A DNA stretch of 64,000 bases from assembly GCF_009914755.1 (NCBI RefSeq), contig NC_060936.1; one strand, 5' to 3'. Of the stretch, positions 17,837 to 38,636 are shown in pieces (position 1 is the first letter of the stretch; each line of letters opens with the position of its first letter). A program made the position numbers and the translations under genes. The notes beneath the pieces are model-generated. The model was not told the DNA's origin. It searched no databases and was given only the letters and a program-made list of their open reading frames with translations. Origin of the DNA: the human T2T-CHM13v2.0 reference genome, Homo sapiens.

Positions 17837-19411
17837 TTACCCATGTCTATTTTGCCAGTGTGGAGTCAGTACAGGCTCCAGGACACATCCACAGAGCACA
17901 GGCCACGTAGAGGGGAGCTCCTGTCTACAAGGAAAAGCTGGCAGAAAACCAACAAAGACAGCCTCTTGATGGTGGTCTTCAAAAGATGCAACAGGATGCA
18001 ATGGCAGTTGACAATGGGGTAACTGTTGGTTGTGAGAACCCTAATCCTCTACCACAGGGAGGAGAAAGCTAACACCAAGTCCAACCCACATCAACACGGG
18101 GGTGGGACACCCGTGAGGGGGCCAAGGCTGTAGTCCAGAAGAAAGGTGGATGGAACTGGGGACAGAGCAGTAGCACAGGGAGATGGGGGAGGATGGGGTA
18201 ATTCAGAATTTCCCTTTTTGAGAGTGGCATCAACACAATGTCAAAGTAGGAGTTCTCCGGCTTCTCTCCTCCCCAACAGAATTTCAACTAGCAACAATCC
18301 TGTGGCAAGTTTACCACCCTGAATATCCCAGAACTTGGAGTGAAGCTTTGCATCCCCTGGGATGGCAGAGCCAAGAAAAACCATGAGGACGGTAAGCGGA
18401 TGGCTGCTTTCTGACCACGCCACTCCTCCCCAAGCCCGCACAGTGCCACACGCAGAGGAGTCCCTGGATGCTCGGTTTCTCCAGTGGACACAGTGGATGG
18501 GAGGTGGGCGTTCGGCTTCCCCACCAGTCTGAGACTTCACAGGAGACTCACTCTAGTCTTTTCCCGCAGGAAGCACTGTGAGTACCGGCAGGGTCAGCCC
18601 AACAAGGGTCAGTAAGAACTTCCCTTTTCAAAAGATAAAGCGGTTCACATAGACAGCTGTGGTGGACTCTTTCTGCTGCCTGCCCAACAGACTTCTGCAC
18701 ATTTCCTAAGGACAGAACCGCATTTTTGTACTAGAGCAGAGATTCCGTGACATCAGGAGAAGAGGCCCTTCCCCCAATCCCAGGAGCCAATAAACTCATT
18801 CTTCTTTGCAATTGTACAATGACATGCACAGGGAAGTCTTCCTTTCCAGGGTATAAAGCACCATTAGGAGAAAGTTTTTGGTTTGCCTTGGCCCTTATTT
18901 TTTGTTTTGGGGATTTTGCGTGTGACAACATCACTCCTGAGCTGTGGCAGCCATCTTACCATCATGAGGAAACCGCCACGGGGATAAAAAGCCAATCCTC
19001 TGAGGACCTGGAAGAAAGGACAGAACCTGGCTCCCAAGGCATCACTGAGACCCAAATCAACAGTAAGTAAGCACAGCACCTACTCCTGGGCTTCTTTTTA
19101 TGAGAGAAAAAAAAAGTTCCCATTTGTGTAAATCATAGTGTTTGGTGTTCCTTTTCTTTTTTAGTTTTAATTGTATTTATTTCCTCTCTTTCGGATGGTT
19201 GATTTATTCACATGGGTCAAAATTCAAAAAGTATCAAAGAGTAAACAGTGAAATGTCTCTCTTTCACTCCTATCCCCCAACCACCAAGGTCCCTGCTCTG
19301 GAAGCAACCAATGTTACTGTTTCTGATGCTTTTCCAGAGGTAATTTATGCATATTCAAACAAATATATATAAATAGATTCCTTTGCTTTTTTATTTCTAC
19401 AGATGGTACTA

Positions 19412-20788
19412 CAGTAGTCCCCCCTTGTTTGTTATTTTTTTTTTCTTGTTTGTGATTTTGCTTTCCATGGTTTCAGTTATCTGCTGTCAACTGTGGTCCA
19501 AAAATATTAAATGGAAAATTCCGGAAAGAAACAATTCATCTGTTTTAAATTGTGCACTGTTCTGAACAGCATGATGAAACCTCAAGCTGTCCTACTGAGA
19601 CAGAGTAGGGATGGGACTCGGGCCCCACTCGTGCCCTACCAAGAACCTCTATTGTAAGCTGGGGTGGGGGGTGTGGCCAGTGAGGACCCCAACCAGACTG
19701 TCCAGACCTTGCACCATGAATCTTGCTCAAGGTACTATACCCACTCATCGCAGACCCTTAGAGAGACTAAGATGAACAACGTCCCACCATAAATCTTACT
19801 CCAGGTGCCAAACCCACTAGTTGTAGAAATTAAAATAAGCAGCTCCCACCTTGAATCTTACTCAAAGGAGTTAACCCTATCTCCCGTATGTATACCACAG
19901 GACCAGAAGAATGAGCGCTCCTTTGCCTTATCTTCATTATAATACTAAAAATCACACCGGGGTGGAGACTTAACATGCTAATGAGACACACGATGCATAA
20001 AGAAGCATGTTATCAAACTGAACAGGTGCCAAAATTTCCTCATCTCTACCTGCTCAAACTCACTCCCTTCCCACTTTAGTTCCTTTAATTCTCCTTTAGT
20101 TCCTTTAGTTCTCTTGAGTCTCTTCCAGGAGCCAGCCAGAGAATTCTCTCTCTCGTGCTGCCTCCCTTATGCCCTGCATAAGCTCTAATAAAGCCTTGTC
20201 TGGGAAAACTCTTTTGGCCTCATGTTAACTTCTATTGCATTAACAACCCCCAAGGCCCTGTGGTTGGTAACACTACTCCTGTCCCTTCAAGACATGAATT
20301 CTCCCTTTGTCCAGCATCTCCTCCCTGCAGACGCTCCCTACCCCTTAGTCACTTACAAGCCTTCCCAGTGATCAGACCAACTGTTGAGATATTGCATGCT
20401 TGTGTTCAAGTCACCCTTATTTTACTTCATAATGGCCTCAAAGTGCAAGAGTGGTGATACTGGTCATTCAGATATGCCAAAGAGAAGCCATAATATGCTT
20501 CCTTTGATGACTTTGCTAAGATCTGCATAACAATGCACCTTCTATTCATGAAGTTGTGAAGCAGAAAAAAAGAAATTCAAACTAGTTTTGCTGTCACACC
20601 TTAAACTGCAAAAGTCATGGTGCATGATAAGTGCTTAGTTAAGTTGGAAAAGGCATCAAATTTCTGGGTGGAAGACATGAACAGAAACGTGTTTTGACTG
20701 ACAGCAATCGGGTTCAGTGCTATCCACGGTTTCAGGCATCCACTGGGGGCCTTGGAATGTATCCCCCTTGGAGGAGGGTGGACTACTG
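19412..20788. mobile_element. MER44/Tigger7-type DNA transposon, split by an LTR
   Basis: TIRs CAGTAGTCC...GGACTACTG with TA duplication (19410-19411, 20789-20790). Confidence 0.85.
19596..20272 (+). mobile_element. ERV1-class solo LTR (MER66-like; family uncertain)
   Basis: TG...CA ends, 4-bp TSD CTAC (19592-19595 and 20273-20276), AATAAA at 20187-20192. Confidence 0.8.
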
Positions 20789-21104
20789 TACACGATGTTC
20801 TGTAAGTTCTTCCCCTTGCCTTTTTCATTTATTAAAAGAGCTTGGCCATAATACCATATTAGTACCAAAAAAAGTTCTCATTCATTTTTCTATCTGTGTG
20901 GTATTCTATCACCTGGCTGTACCATTTAACTGGATCCCTTTTGAGAATTTTTAATTCATCTCCAACCTTTACTATTACAGACAACACTACAGTAATAACC
21001 TATGTCATTTTGCACATGTGGAAGTACTGCTACAAAAAAAATTGCTGGAAATAAAATTTCCTGGTTAAAAGGTACATACATTTCGTTTTGATAAATGTTG
21101 CTAA

Positions 21105-21367
<263 letters not shown>

Positions 21368-21710
21368 TGATCCGCCCGTCTCGGCCTCCCAAAGTGCTGG
21401 GATTACAGGCATGAGCCACCGTGCCCGGCCGAACATCGGAAATTTTTAAGTGTCCATTTCCTTACATAAACACCAACTTTGATGTGTTATCAAATATTTT
21501 GATCTTTGCCAAACTGAAAGATAGAAAAAAAAAAGTTATCTCAGTGTAATTTTTATTTGGATTTCTTATTGCGAGTGAAGTTTTTCACTTCACTGTGAAT
21601 GAGTATTTCATTTCATATGAGTGAACATTTCATATGTTAAAGAGCCAGTTGTAATTTATTTTCTACTGACTGTTCATATCTCTATTTTTCTTTTTTTTTT
21701 TTTTTTTTGA

Positions 21711-21818
<108 letters not shown>

Positions 21819-22345
21819 TAGCTGGGACTACAGACACACACCACCACGCCAGGTTACTTTTTAAATTTTTTGTAGAGATGAGGTTTCACCATGTTGCCCA
21901 GGCTGGTCTCAAACTCCTGAGCTCCTTCTGCCTCAGTCTTCAAAGTGCTGGGATTACAGGTGTGAGCCATCACACTTGGCCTCCTATATTTCTATTAGTT
22001 TTCAAATGTTATCTTTTTATCTCCAGTCATCTATTGAACAATAATTTTTTCTTCACTAATTTAAAACTACTGTTATGATAAGCCAAGTTTTTGTGCAAGT
22101 TTGAATTTACTTCTGGATTTTCAATTCTCTCTCATTGATCCGTCTTTTCAATTTGCCAACATTACAGTCTTTCAATTGTTTTAGCTTTATATTTTAATAT
22201 CTATTAGGGCCAGTAGCTCCTTTTATTCTCTGTTTTTAAGAATTTTTCTAACTATATTTTCTTCCTTTTCCACATGAATTTTAGGACCTGTTTATTTAGT
22301 TCACTCCCCCTCCAAAAGAAAGGCTCCTTTGAGGATGTGTTTTGA

Positions 22346-22623
<278 letters not shown>

Positions 22624-22895
22624 TGATCCACCTGCCTCAGCCTTCCAAAGTGCTGGGATTACAGGCATGAGCTACCGTGCCGGGCCGGGTCTTCTTTTCA
22701 AGAACATGATATACCCTTCTATTTGTTGATACCCTCCTCTTTGTGTCCTCAGTAGCATTTTAATGTTTCCTTAATATGGGCATTTCTCATTATAGTCATT
22801 CCTTGGTGTTTTACCTTTATAAGTGCTATAAAAATGGGATTTTTTAGTTTTGTTTTCTTTCTTTTTCCCCAGCCACCTACTGAATTCCCTCATGA

Positions 22896-23126
<231 letters not shown>

Positions 23127-23220
23127 TAGCCAGGATAGTCTCGATCTCCTGACCTTATGATCTGCCCACCTCGACCTCCCAAAGTGCTGGGATTACAGGC
23201 GTGAGCCACCGCGCCTGGCC

Positions 23221-23784
23221 TATAACAGTTTTTCAATTAATTTTCTTAGGTTATCACCTACAAATAATGCTAATTTTGTAATAATTTTTCTAGAAACAAG
23301 TTATTGCCATGTTGCCCAGGCTGGTACCGAACTCCTAGGCTCAAGCAATCTGCCCACCTTGGCCTCCCAAAGTGCTGGGATTACAGGTGTGAGCCACCAC
23401 ACCTGGCCTATAACAGTTTTTCAATTAATTTTCTTAGGTTATCACCTACAAATAATGCTAATTTCATAGTAATTTTTCTAGAAACAAGTTATTGCCATGT
23501 TGCCCAGGCTGGTACCGAACTCCTAGGCTCAAGCAATCTGCCCACCTTGGCCTCCCAAAGTGCTGGGATTACAGGTGTGAGCCACCGCACCTGGCCTATA
23601 ACAGTTTTTCAATTAATTTTCTTAGGTTATCACCTACAAATAATGCTAATTTCATAATAATTTTTCTAGAAACAAGTTATTGCCATGTTGCCCAGGCTGG
23701 TATTGAACTCCTAGGCTCAAGCAATCTGCCCACCTTGGCCTCCCAAAGTGCTGGGATTACAGGCGTGAGCCACCGCGCCTGGCC
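23221..23784. repeat. Three tandem copies of a 188-bp unit (unique segment + partial antisense Alu arm)
   Basis: TATAACAGTTTTTCAATT starts at 23221, 23409 and 23597. The ORF track shows the same peptide at 23304 and 23492. Confidence 0.95.
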
Positions 23785-24548
23785 CTAATATTTTTAAATC
23801 TCATCTAAATGCATCTCATAGTACCTCCAGAACAATAGTAAATAGTAATGGACAGCTCTGTCTCAATCCTGATTTTAAGGGCAATACTTCCAGTATTTTC
23901 TCATTAAGCAGCAGTTGAAATACGTATATTTATTTTATTATGCTAAGGAAGTATCCATATCTTATTATTTCATAATAATCCAATGGATAATGAATAAATA
24001 ATAGAAACGGAAAGACCAGATCAAAGGCTACTGCAATAGGGAGATGGAGAAAGGTGGAAGGTTGGAGATATGCCTTAGAGATAGAGTCAACAGGATTTAT
24101 TGGTGGGCGTGGGTCCCAGCTCATATTTTATGGCCTTGGGTATTAGTTTGTTTAATCTGAGCCTCACATTCAAATTAACATTTGGTAAACATTAAGTGAG
24201 AATTTACTATGTACTAGTCATCTTAAGATACAACAGCCAACGAGACAGACCTGATACATAAACTTCTGGAGCTTGTAAAATAATCACAATTATTGCTTTT
24301 GTAGACAAGTGCTACAAAAGAGAAGCACAACATATAACCAGTGACCGATTCTAGGTCTGGAGATGAGGAAATTCCTCCCTGAGGAAATTTAAGATACAAC
24401 CTGAAGAATAAATAAGGGCTAGCCAAATTGAAGGGGTGTTGGAGAGGAGAGCTCTGCTGGTGGGTTAAATGGTACGTGCAAAGGCCCTGTGATAGGAAGA
24501 ATAGTTTGGCTGGAACTTGGGAATAGAGAGATGAAGCTAGAGAAGTAG

Positions 24549-25115
<567 letters not shown>

Positions 25116-25337
25116 TGAAGAAGTGTTACATAGGTATATACCCATGTTACCATCACAGAAGATATGCAACATTTTACTTCCTTAGAAGATAACTTCATGC
25201 CACTTTCCACTCAGTCATGCTTACTGCTTGAGTTCCAGTTTATATTCTGGCAGACATATGACATCCCAGAGATATCCACTTTCCTATTTTGACTTATATC
25301 CCCATCAGTTAGTATTTGTTTGTTTGTTTGTTTTTAA

Positions 25338-25478
<141 letters not shown>

Positions 25479-26305
25479 TAATTTTTGTATTTTTAGTAGC
25501 GACGGGGTTTCGCCATGTTGGCCAAGCTGGCCTTGAACTCCTGGCCTCAAGCCATCTGCCCATTTCGGCCTCCCGAAGTGCTGGGATTACAGACATGAAC
25601 CATCACGCCTGGCTCATTTGGGTTTTTTTTCTTAATGAGTTTTTAGTTTGGAAAAATTTTAGAATTACAGAAAAGTTGCAAAGATAGTACAGAGGGTTTT
25701 GGTATACCTTTCACCCAGCTGCCCTTAATGTTAATATCTCACATAGCCATGATACATTTGTCAAAACTAATTAAGAAATTAACATATCAACTAAACTACA
25801 GATTTTATTTAGATTTCACCAGTTTTTTTCCTTAAATCCTTTTTCTGTTCCAGAATCCAATCCAGGATACCACATTGCACTTAGTGATTATGATCCCTTA
25901 ATATTTAGTCTTCTCTGATCTGTGACAGTTTCTGTCTTTCCTTATGCTGAGACAGGCAGATCGCTTAAGTCCACAAGCTCGAGACTAGCCTAGGCAACAT
26001 GGCTAAACCCTGTCTCACAAAAAAAAATACAAAAATTAGCCTGGTGTGCTGATGTGTGCTTCTAGTCCCACCTACTTGAGGGGCTGAGGTGAAAGGATTT
26101 CTAGAGCCCGGGAGGTCGAGGCTGCAGTGAGATGTGATCCCACCCTGCACTCCAGCCTGGGAGACAGAGCGAGACTGTCTCACAAAGTGAAAAAAAAAAA
26201 GAAAAGAAAAAGGAAAAAGCAACTGCCAACCTGTCTCCAAAGTGACTATATCATTTTGCATTCCCAAAAGCAATGAATGAGAGTTCCTGTTGCACATCTT
26301 CACCC

Positions 26306-27037
<732 letters not shown>

Positions 27038-27495
27038 GTGAGCAGTGGTACCTCATTGTGGTTTTAATTTTCATTTCTCTAATGACAAATGCTGTTAACC
27101 AACTTTCATATGCTTATTTGCCATCCAGGTATTTTATTTTCTGAAGTGTCTCTTTAGATATTTTGCTTGTTATTAAATTGGATCATTCGGCAGTGTGCAG
27201 TGGCTCACGCCTATAATCTCAGCACTTTGGAAGCCCTAGGCGGCTGAATCGCTTGAGGTCAGGAGTTCGAGACCAGTGTGACCAACATGGCGAAACCCCA
27301 TCTCTACTAAAAATACAAACATTAGGCCGGGCATGGTGGCTCACGCCTGTAATCCCAGCACTTTGGGAGGCCGAGGTGGGCGGATCATCTGAGGTCAGGA
27401 GTTCAAGACCAGCCTGACCAACATGGAGAAAGCCCGTCTCTACTAAAAATACAAAATTAACCGGGCATGGTGGAGCATGCTTGTAATCCCAGCTA

Positions 27496-27837
<342 letters not shown>

Positions 27838-27877
27838 CTATTTTGTTGTTGTTGTTTGTTTGCTTGTTTGTTTTTGA

Positions 27878-28135
<258 letters not shown>

Positions 28136-30193
28136 TGATCCATGGTGCCTGGTTGGGCCATTTGTTTTCTTATTCTGTTTTAAGAAGTCTTTATTCTGGG
28201 CGGGGCGCAGTGGCTCACACCTGTAATCCCAGCACTTTGGGAGGCTGAGGCCGGTGGATCGCGAGGTCAGGAGATTGAGACCAGCCTGGCCAATATGGTG
28301 AAACCCCATCTCTACTAAAATATAAAAAAATTAGCCAGGTGTGGTGGCACGTGCCTGTAATAATCCCAGCTACTCAGGAGGCTGAGGCAGGAGAATCGCT
28401 TGAACACGGGAGGCAGAGGTTGCCGTAAGCCAAGATCACGCCACTGCACTCCAGCTTGGGTGACAGAGTGAGATTCTGTCTCAAAAAAAAAAAAAAAGAA
28501 AGAAAGAAAGAAAGAAAAAGAAGAATTATTTATTCTGGATAGAAGTCCTTTATCAGATACATTATTTGCAAATATTTTCTCCCAGGCTGTGGATTGTCTA
28601 TTCATTTTCTCAACCTATCTTTCACAGAACAAAAGTTTTTATTTGTGATAAGGTACAATTCATCATTTTTTTCTTTATGAATTGTGTTTCCAGTACCAGA
28701 AAACTTATCACCAAACCTAAGGTTACACACACACAGGGTCTCCTGTGCTTTTTTCTAGATGTCTTACTTTCTACATTTAAGTTTATGAGCCATTTTTTGG
28801 TGTAAGTGTGAGGTACGTGTTGAGGTTTTTTGGTTTTGTTTTTACATATGAATGTCTAATTTTTCCAGCACTGTTTGTTGAAAAGACTGTTCTTTCACCA
28901 CTGGATTGCCTTTGCATCTTTGTCAAAAATCAGTTGACATTATTTGTGTGGGTTTATTTCTGGTCTCTCTATTGGCTCTATTCACCTAAGTTGTCTACTC
29001 TTTCGCTAATACCACACTAATTGCTTTCTAATAAGTCTAATAAGTGGTAGAGTAATTTCTCCTACTATTTTTTTAGTTCCTTTTCATTTCTTTCCCTTTT
29101 CATATAAATTTTAGAATCAGTTTGTCAATTTCTATCAAAAAAAAGCTTCCTATGATTTTGATTGATAATGCATTGAATCTATAGATCAAACTGGGGAGAA
29201 TTAACATATTTACAATATTGAATTTTCTAATCTATGAATACAGTATATCTTTCTATTTATTTATACCTTTTTTTTTTTTTTTTGAGGCGAGGTATCACTC
29301 TGTCACCCAGACTAGAGTGCAGGCTAGAGTGCAGTGGTGCAATCATAGCTCACTGCAACCTTGAACTCCTGTGCTCAAGTGATCTTCCCACCTCAGTCTC
29401 CTAAGTAGCCGAGAGTACAGGCACATGCCACCATGCCTGAGTAATTTTTTCTTTTGTGTAGAGACTGCGTCTTTCTGTGTCGTCCAAGCTGGTCTCGAAC
29501 TTCTGGCCTCAAGTGATCCCCCTGCCTCAACCTCCCAAAGCACTGGGATTACAGGTGCACCCAGCCCACACCCAGCCCACACCCAGCCCCCACCCAGCCT
29601 ACACCTAATCATTTATTTATATCTTTGTTGATTTCCTTTTTCTTTTCTTTTTTTTAATTTAGCCAGCTTTTTTTAAATTTTAACTTTTTTTTGGAGGGGA
29701 AAGGGAGTGGTCATGGACATACTGAAGTAGACACAAAAATATAGAGAATACTGCACTTCCCAGGGCTCGTCACACGTGCTTCAAAAATTACCAACAACTT
29801 GCCATTTTGTTTCATTATCTGCACCCACAATGGTGGATGAGGGAGTCTAAAAAATATCCCAAACATGAAATCTCAAAAATGTGATTTTAATCATGAATAT
29901 TTTCACAAACATCCTAACAGATATGAATATAGAGAAAATACACTAAGATTTCACACCTAAGAAAATTTTAAAAATGACTTATAACATTATCCAATACCTA
30001 GCCCTTAAAGAAAGGAAATCCTGAATTGTCTGAAATATTTTTTATACTGATTTTGTCTGAATGAGGTCCCACCAGCTCCAAATATGGCATCTGATGGCTG
30101 TTCCTCTTAAATCTATTATAATCCATAAATTTACCCAAGTCTCCAAGTAGCCTGTCTGCTCTTTGAAAAAGGAATTGAGAGACCATAATCTGA

Positions 30194-30583
<390 letters not shown>

Positions 30584-31579
30584 TGAGAGTATTTTTAAAA
30601 ACATTCAAATTGTCGGTCACAGCTCCTTGCCTATGCGCCTAAAAAGAGATAGCCCAAGACAGACGGGGGAAAGAAAAGGGGAGACAGAAACAAAAAGAAA
30701 ACTGGCAAACAGAGGAGAAGTCCAAAAGCCCAACTCCCATAAGTCAAGACTTCCCACAGTTCTCTAAGTCAGCAAATGAATGTAATTTAAACTGCTTTAA
30801 ACGTCATACAAAAATAAATCCTTTTTAGTAAATCGATAAACAGAGGCATCTCCGTGACGACTGGTGGCAGCATGTACTCCTCCTTTTCTAAAACAAGGAG
30901 TTCTAAAACAACTCAAGGCAGCAGAGAGCCCTGAGTTGCAAACATGAAAAGCATAACTTTCTCGAGTTGGCTGTTAAGTGTAATAGGAGAGGCACCACTC
31001 CACTCCTACCTCTCCTTTCTTTAACCAATGCATTTTGGCTACAGAAGAAATTATGCCTATTCTTAGTCACTATTAAGCACATATACAATGTCGAAAATTG
31101 AACAGTACTCCAAGAGGGTGCAAAATGACTACATGCCACTTTAACTGAGGCTTCCAAAAATTGAGATTTCTACTTATAAGGAATGTGGTACACATTAGAA
31201 CTACTGAGTCCCATGGTCATCCATGCATTACCTTACCCTTTTTGTATAACTTATAGAAATGGGTCCAAAAAGACGTTGTGAGATATGAGGTATGAAGTGT
31301 TCAGTAAGTTCATTGATGGTCCTGCTAGCAATAGCATGTAAGTGAAGCATATCCAAATCTAGAGTAAGTGTTTATCTCAGTGAAGACAAATCCCTGCCCC
31401 ATCCATGACAAAATACTTGCAAGAATACAAGAATACTTCCCCTGACATGTGGGACACTTAGCAGCATCAGCATCCAGAGGTCAGCCTTGGTGAGCTAAGT
31501 CTATACTATAGAGCTCAAGTATAACCTCTACCACTGCCTGCCACCCTAGTCACATTTTTTTTTTTTTTTTTTGAGATAG

Positions 31580-31867
<288 letters not shown>

Positions 31868-32483
31868 TAAATCACTTGGGCAGTAAGTGGGGTGATACGA
31901 AGAGACTACATGACAGCCATATGGTTGATGTGTACCTGATTGCTGATAGCCTCCTCTGAAGAGTGGGAATTTCGATTAGCATTCACGTGGGACATTATTC
32001 TCATATTCTGGGACCGTTCTGGGAAATTCATCCACATCACTGTTTCCTGAAACTTCTTGTCAACACAACCTTCACTTTTGCCCACTTAAAATCTCTGTCT
32101 ATCCACACCATTAGCCATGCACATTCAGTTTAGATCAGTGTCTTAGGTCACGCTCCTTCCAGAAAAAGTAAACAATGACATTCAATACTCCAAATACTGC
32201 TGAGTGGCAGCAATTCTTTCCCTATTGCCAATTATGGACATATTTGACTGGGGTAATATTATTACGGCTTCTAATACTACTGTTACAATTGGCTTCAGTA
32301 GTATTAGCCAACATATGTTGAATGCTTACTATGTACAGGACAGTGTTCTAAGCATACTAAAACTATTCGCTCATGAGAGGCACGATTACCTCTCCATTTT
32401 TAAAATGAGGGGAAAAGCCAGAGGAAAATAAGAAGAAAAAAGAAAAAAGCCAATTTGTCTGGAACTGGTTAGTAATGGGCTGA

Positions 32484-32924
<441 letters not shown>

Positions 32925-33648
32925 TAAAAACTTCATGGGGGCTGCTATTGTAAATGGTATTCTATAAACTACAGTACGTTGTTTCTTTGTATAGATCCAA
33001 GATTTTGATTATATTTCTTCTTCTTCTTTCTTTTTTGAGACGAAGTTTCACTCTGTTCAACCCAGGCTGACACAATCTCGGCTCCCTGCGACCTCCGCCT
33101 CCCGGGTTCAAGCAATTCTCCTGCCTCAGCCACTTGAGTAGCTGGGACTACAGGCGCCCACCACCACGCCCAGATAATTTTTGTGTTTTTAGTAGAGACA
33201 GGGTTTCACCATGTTGGCCAGGCTGGTCTCAAACTCCTGACCTCAAGTGATCACCCGCCTTGGCCCCCCAAAGTGCTGGGATTACAGGCGTGAGCCACCA
33301 CACCCAGCCTCTTCTTCTTAGAGAACTTGCTTTGACATTTATTATAAAGTAGGTCTGCTGGCAATCAACTTCCTCAGTTTCTGTTTGTCTGATAAACTTT
33401 TAATTTTGGCCTGGTGTAGTTGCTAATGCTTGTAATCCCAGCATTTTGGGAGGCTGAGGTGGGAGGATCACTGGAGTCCAGGAGTTTCAGACCATCCTGG
33501 GAAACGTAGTGAGACCCCGTCTCTAAAAAAATAAAAATAAAAATAGAAAACTCTTAATTTGGGCCAGGCACAGTGGCTCACGCCTGTAATCCTAGCACTT
33601 TGGGAGGCCAAGGTTGGTGGATCACCTGAAGTCAGGAGTTTGAGACTA

Positions 33649-33846
<198 letters not shown>

Positions 33847-34352
33847 TTACTCCATTTCATTTTGCTTTTATTGTTTCTGACTAGCAGTCTGCTGTAATTC
33901 TTATCCTCGCTCCTCGGTAAGATATTATGTTTTTTCCCCCTTGGCTGACTTCCAGATTTTCTTTCTCTTTGGTTTTCAGCAGTTTTAATATGATATGCCT
34001 AGATGCATGGGTTTGGTGAGGGGCTGTGTTGTTTTGGTATTTATCCTGCTTGGTGTTCTCTGAGCTTCCTTGATCTGTGCTTTTCTGTCTGTTACTAATT
34101 TTGGATAATTCTAAGCCATTATCTCTTCAAATGTTTCTCCTGTCTTATTCTTTTTGTTCGTTTGTTTGTTTGTTTAACTAAGTCTGATTAGACAAATCCT
34201 GTCCAAGTCTTTCTTCTCCTTCTGGAATTCCAATTATGGGCATGTTAACTCATTTGGTATTCTTGGATGGTGTCTTCTTTCTTTCTTTTTTGTTGTTGTT
34301 CTGTTTTGTTTTTTACCCACTCTTTTTTTGCACTTCAGTTTGGGTAATTCCT

Positions 34353-34821
<469 letters not shown>

Positions 34822-35038
34822 CTATTGACCTCTACACCCAAGGTCACTGATTCTTTTCTCAGCTATACTGAGTCTACTGATGAACCAGTCAAAGGTGTTC
34901 TTCATTTCTGTCACCACGATTTTATTTCAAGCATTTCCATTTTATTCTTATGGTTTCCTCTGCTGAATTTATCCATCTTCTTTTGGCATGTTGTCTACCT
35001 TTTCCATTAAATCCTTTAACATAATCATGTTACTTTAA

Positions 35039-35362
<324 letters not shown>

Positions 35363-35828
35363 TGAGACTACAGGTGTGAGCCACCATGCCCAGTCCAGAT
35401 TGTGTTTTTTCTTTCCTTTTTGTATACCTTGTGGTTTTCGTTGAAAGCTGGATATGCTGTATAACACAACAGATACTGACATAAATATTTTGTATTCTTG
35501 AAGATAAGCATTCATTTCTTTCTGCTACTTCTCTAGTATAGAGATTTCCATTAATGTAGTCAGGAGGGCTGGGTTTGAAGTTTGCTTTTGCACCAACATA
35601 TATTATTATCCTCAGTGCATCAGGGGCTTAAAATTCCTCTAGTGGTGCCTTGTTTTTGTCTCTTGGATTTGTATCTTCCTTTTGCACTGTTCCCTAAATA
35701 AAGTCTGTCTCTTGCAAGTTCTCCCAGATACATTCTTGTGTTATTTTTCACTGGAGGCCTGTCATGTGGTGGTAGGCTATGAAGGAGGTTATGTGTTCCC
35801 TTGTGTTATGATTGAGGCTCAGCCTTAG

Positions 35829-36319
<491 letters not shown>

Positions 36320-36802
36320 TGACCTTCCCCTTGCAGATGAAGTCTTGTCCTAAAGGAATGGAGTCTTGGCCATAGCTGCTGTTCCGTTCCCCACCCCCAG
36401 CAAGCACCATGGAGCAGAGGGTGTCAGAATTCTCCCATTTCACCTATCTTCCTGTGGGTGATTGATGGGGGTCCTGAAAGAAAAGCCTGAAAGAAAGCGC
36501 AAGACTCCCTTTGTCTGCAGCTTCCAGGGACTTCATACTCTCTTAATCACCAACACTAGGCCACTATTAATTGTTAAAAATGTCCAGCTTAATTTTCTTA
36601 CTTAAGTAAGGAATGCTCAGGTACTGTTTCCCCCTGTAGGTACCTGTCTCTCTCTCGGTTTCAGGTTGTCTGCCCTGTGACCTCAATTCTCTTAGGAGAT
36701 CCAGAAAAGTCATTCATGTGCAGCTTTTCCAGCTCTTTTCTTGTTGCATAGCTGGGAGCAACACTCTTGCCATCGTTTCAGTTTGGACCAGAAGTCCACT
36801 AA

Positions 36803-37012
<210 letters not shown>

Positions 37013-37267
37013 TAGTAGAGACTGGGTTTCACTATATGTTGGCCAGGCTAGTCTTGAACTTCTTCAATATTGTGTTGGCTATTCTGGATCTTTTGCTTCT
37101 CCATATAAACTCTATAATCAGTTTGGCAATATCCATAAAATAGCTTGCTAAGAGTTTTACTGGGATTGCATTGAATCTATAGATCAAGTTGGAAAGAACT
37201 GACATCTTGACAATATTGAGTCTTCTTCTCCAGGAACATGGAATATCCTTCCATTTATTTTCTTTGA

Positions 37268-37543
<276 letters not shown>

Positions 37544-37965
37544 TGATCCATCCACCTTGGCCACCCAAAGTGCTGGGATTACAGGAGTCAACCACTGTAC
37601 CCATCCCCCATGTGGATCTTGTACATATTTTGTTATACCTAAGTGTTTCTTTTGGGGGAGGCTTCTAATATACTTGGTATTGTGTATTTAATTTCAAAGT
37701 CTATTTGTTCATTGATGATATCTAGGAAAGCAATTGACCTTTGTGTATTAACCTTGTATCCTGAAAACTTGCCATAATTGTCTACTGGGGCTGAGCGTGG
37801 TGGACCAAGCCCTGTAATCCCAGCACTTTGGGAGGCTGAGGCAGGGGGATCCCCTGAGGTCAGGAGTTCAAGACAAGCCTGGCCAATGTGATGAAACCCC
37901 GTCTCTACTACAAACACAAAAATTAGCCAGGCGTGGTGGTGGGTGCCTGTAATCCCAGTTACTCA

Positions 37966-38070
<105 letters not shown>

Positions 38071-38450
38071 TCAAAAATATATATGTATTAGTCTGTAGTT
38101 GTATTTCCTTGTAATGTCTTTGTCTGGTTTTTGTAGTAGGGTAATGCTGGACCCATAGAATGATTTAGGATATTTCCTCTGTGTCTGTCTTCTGGAAGAG
38201 ACTGTAGAAAATTGGTATAATTTATTCACTAAATGTTTGATAGAATTACCAGTGAACCCATCTGGGCATGATGCTTTTTGTCTTGGAAGGTTATTATTTA
38301 TTGAATTTCTTTATAGATATAGGCCTATTCAGATTGTCAATTTCTTCTTGTGTGAGTTTTGGCAGATTGTATCCTAAAGGAATTGATCCATTTCATCTAG
38401 GTTATCAAATCTGTGGACACAAAGTTGGTCTTTATTCTCCTTTTTTTTGA

Positions 38451-38636
<186 letters not shown>

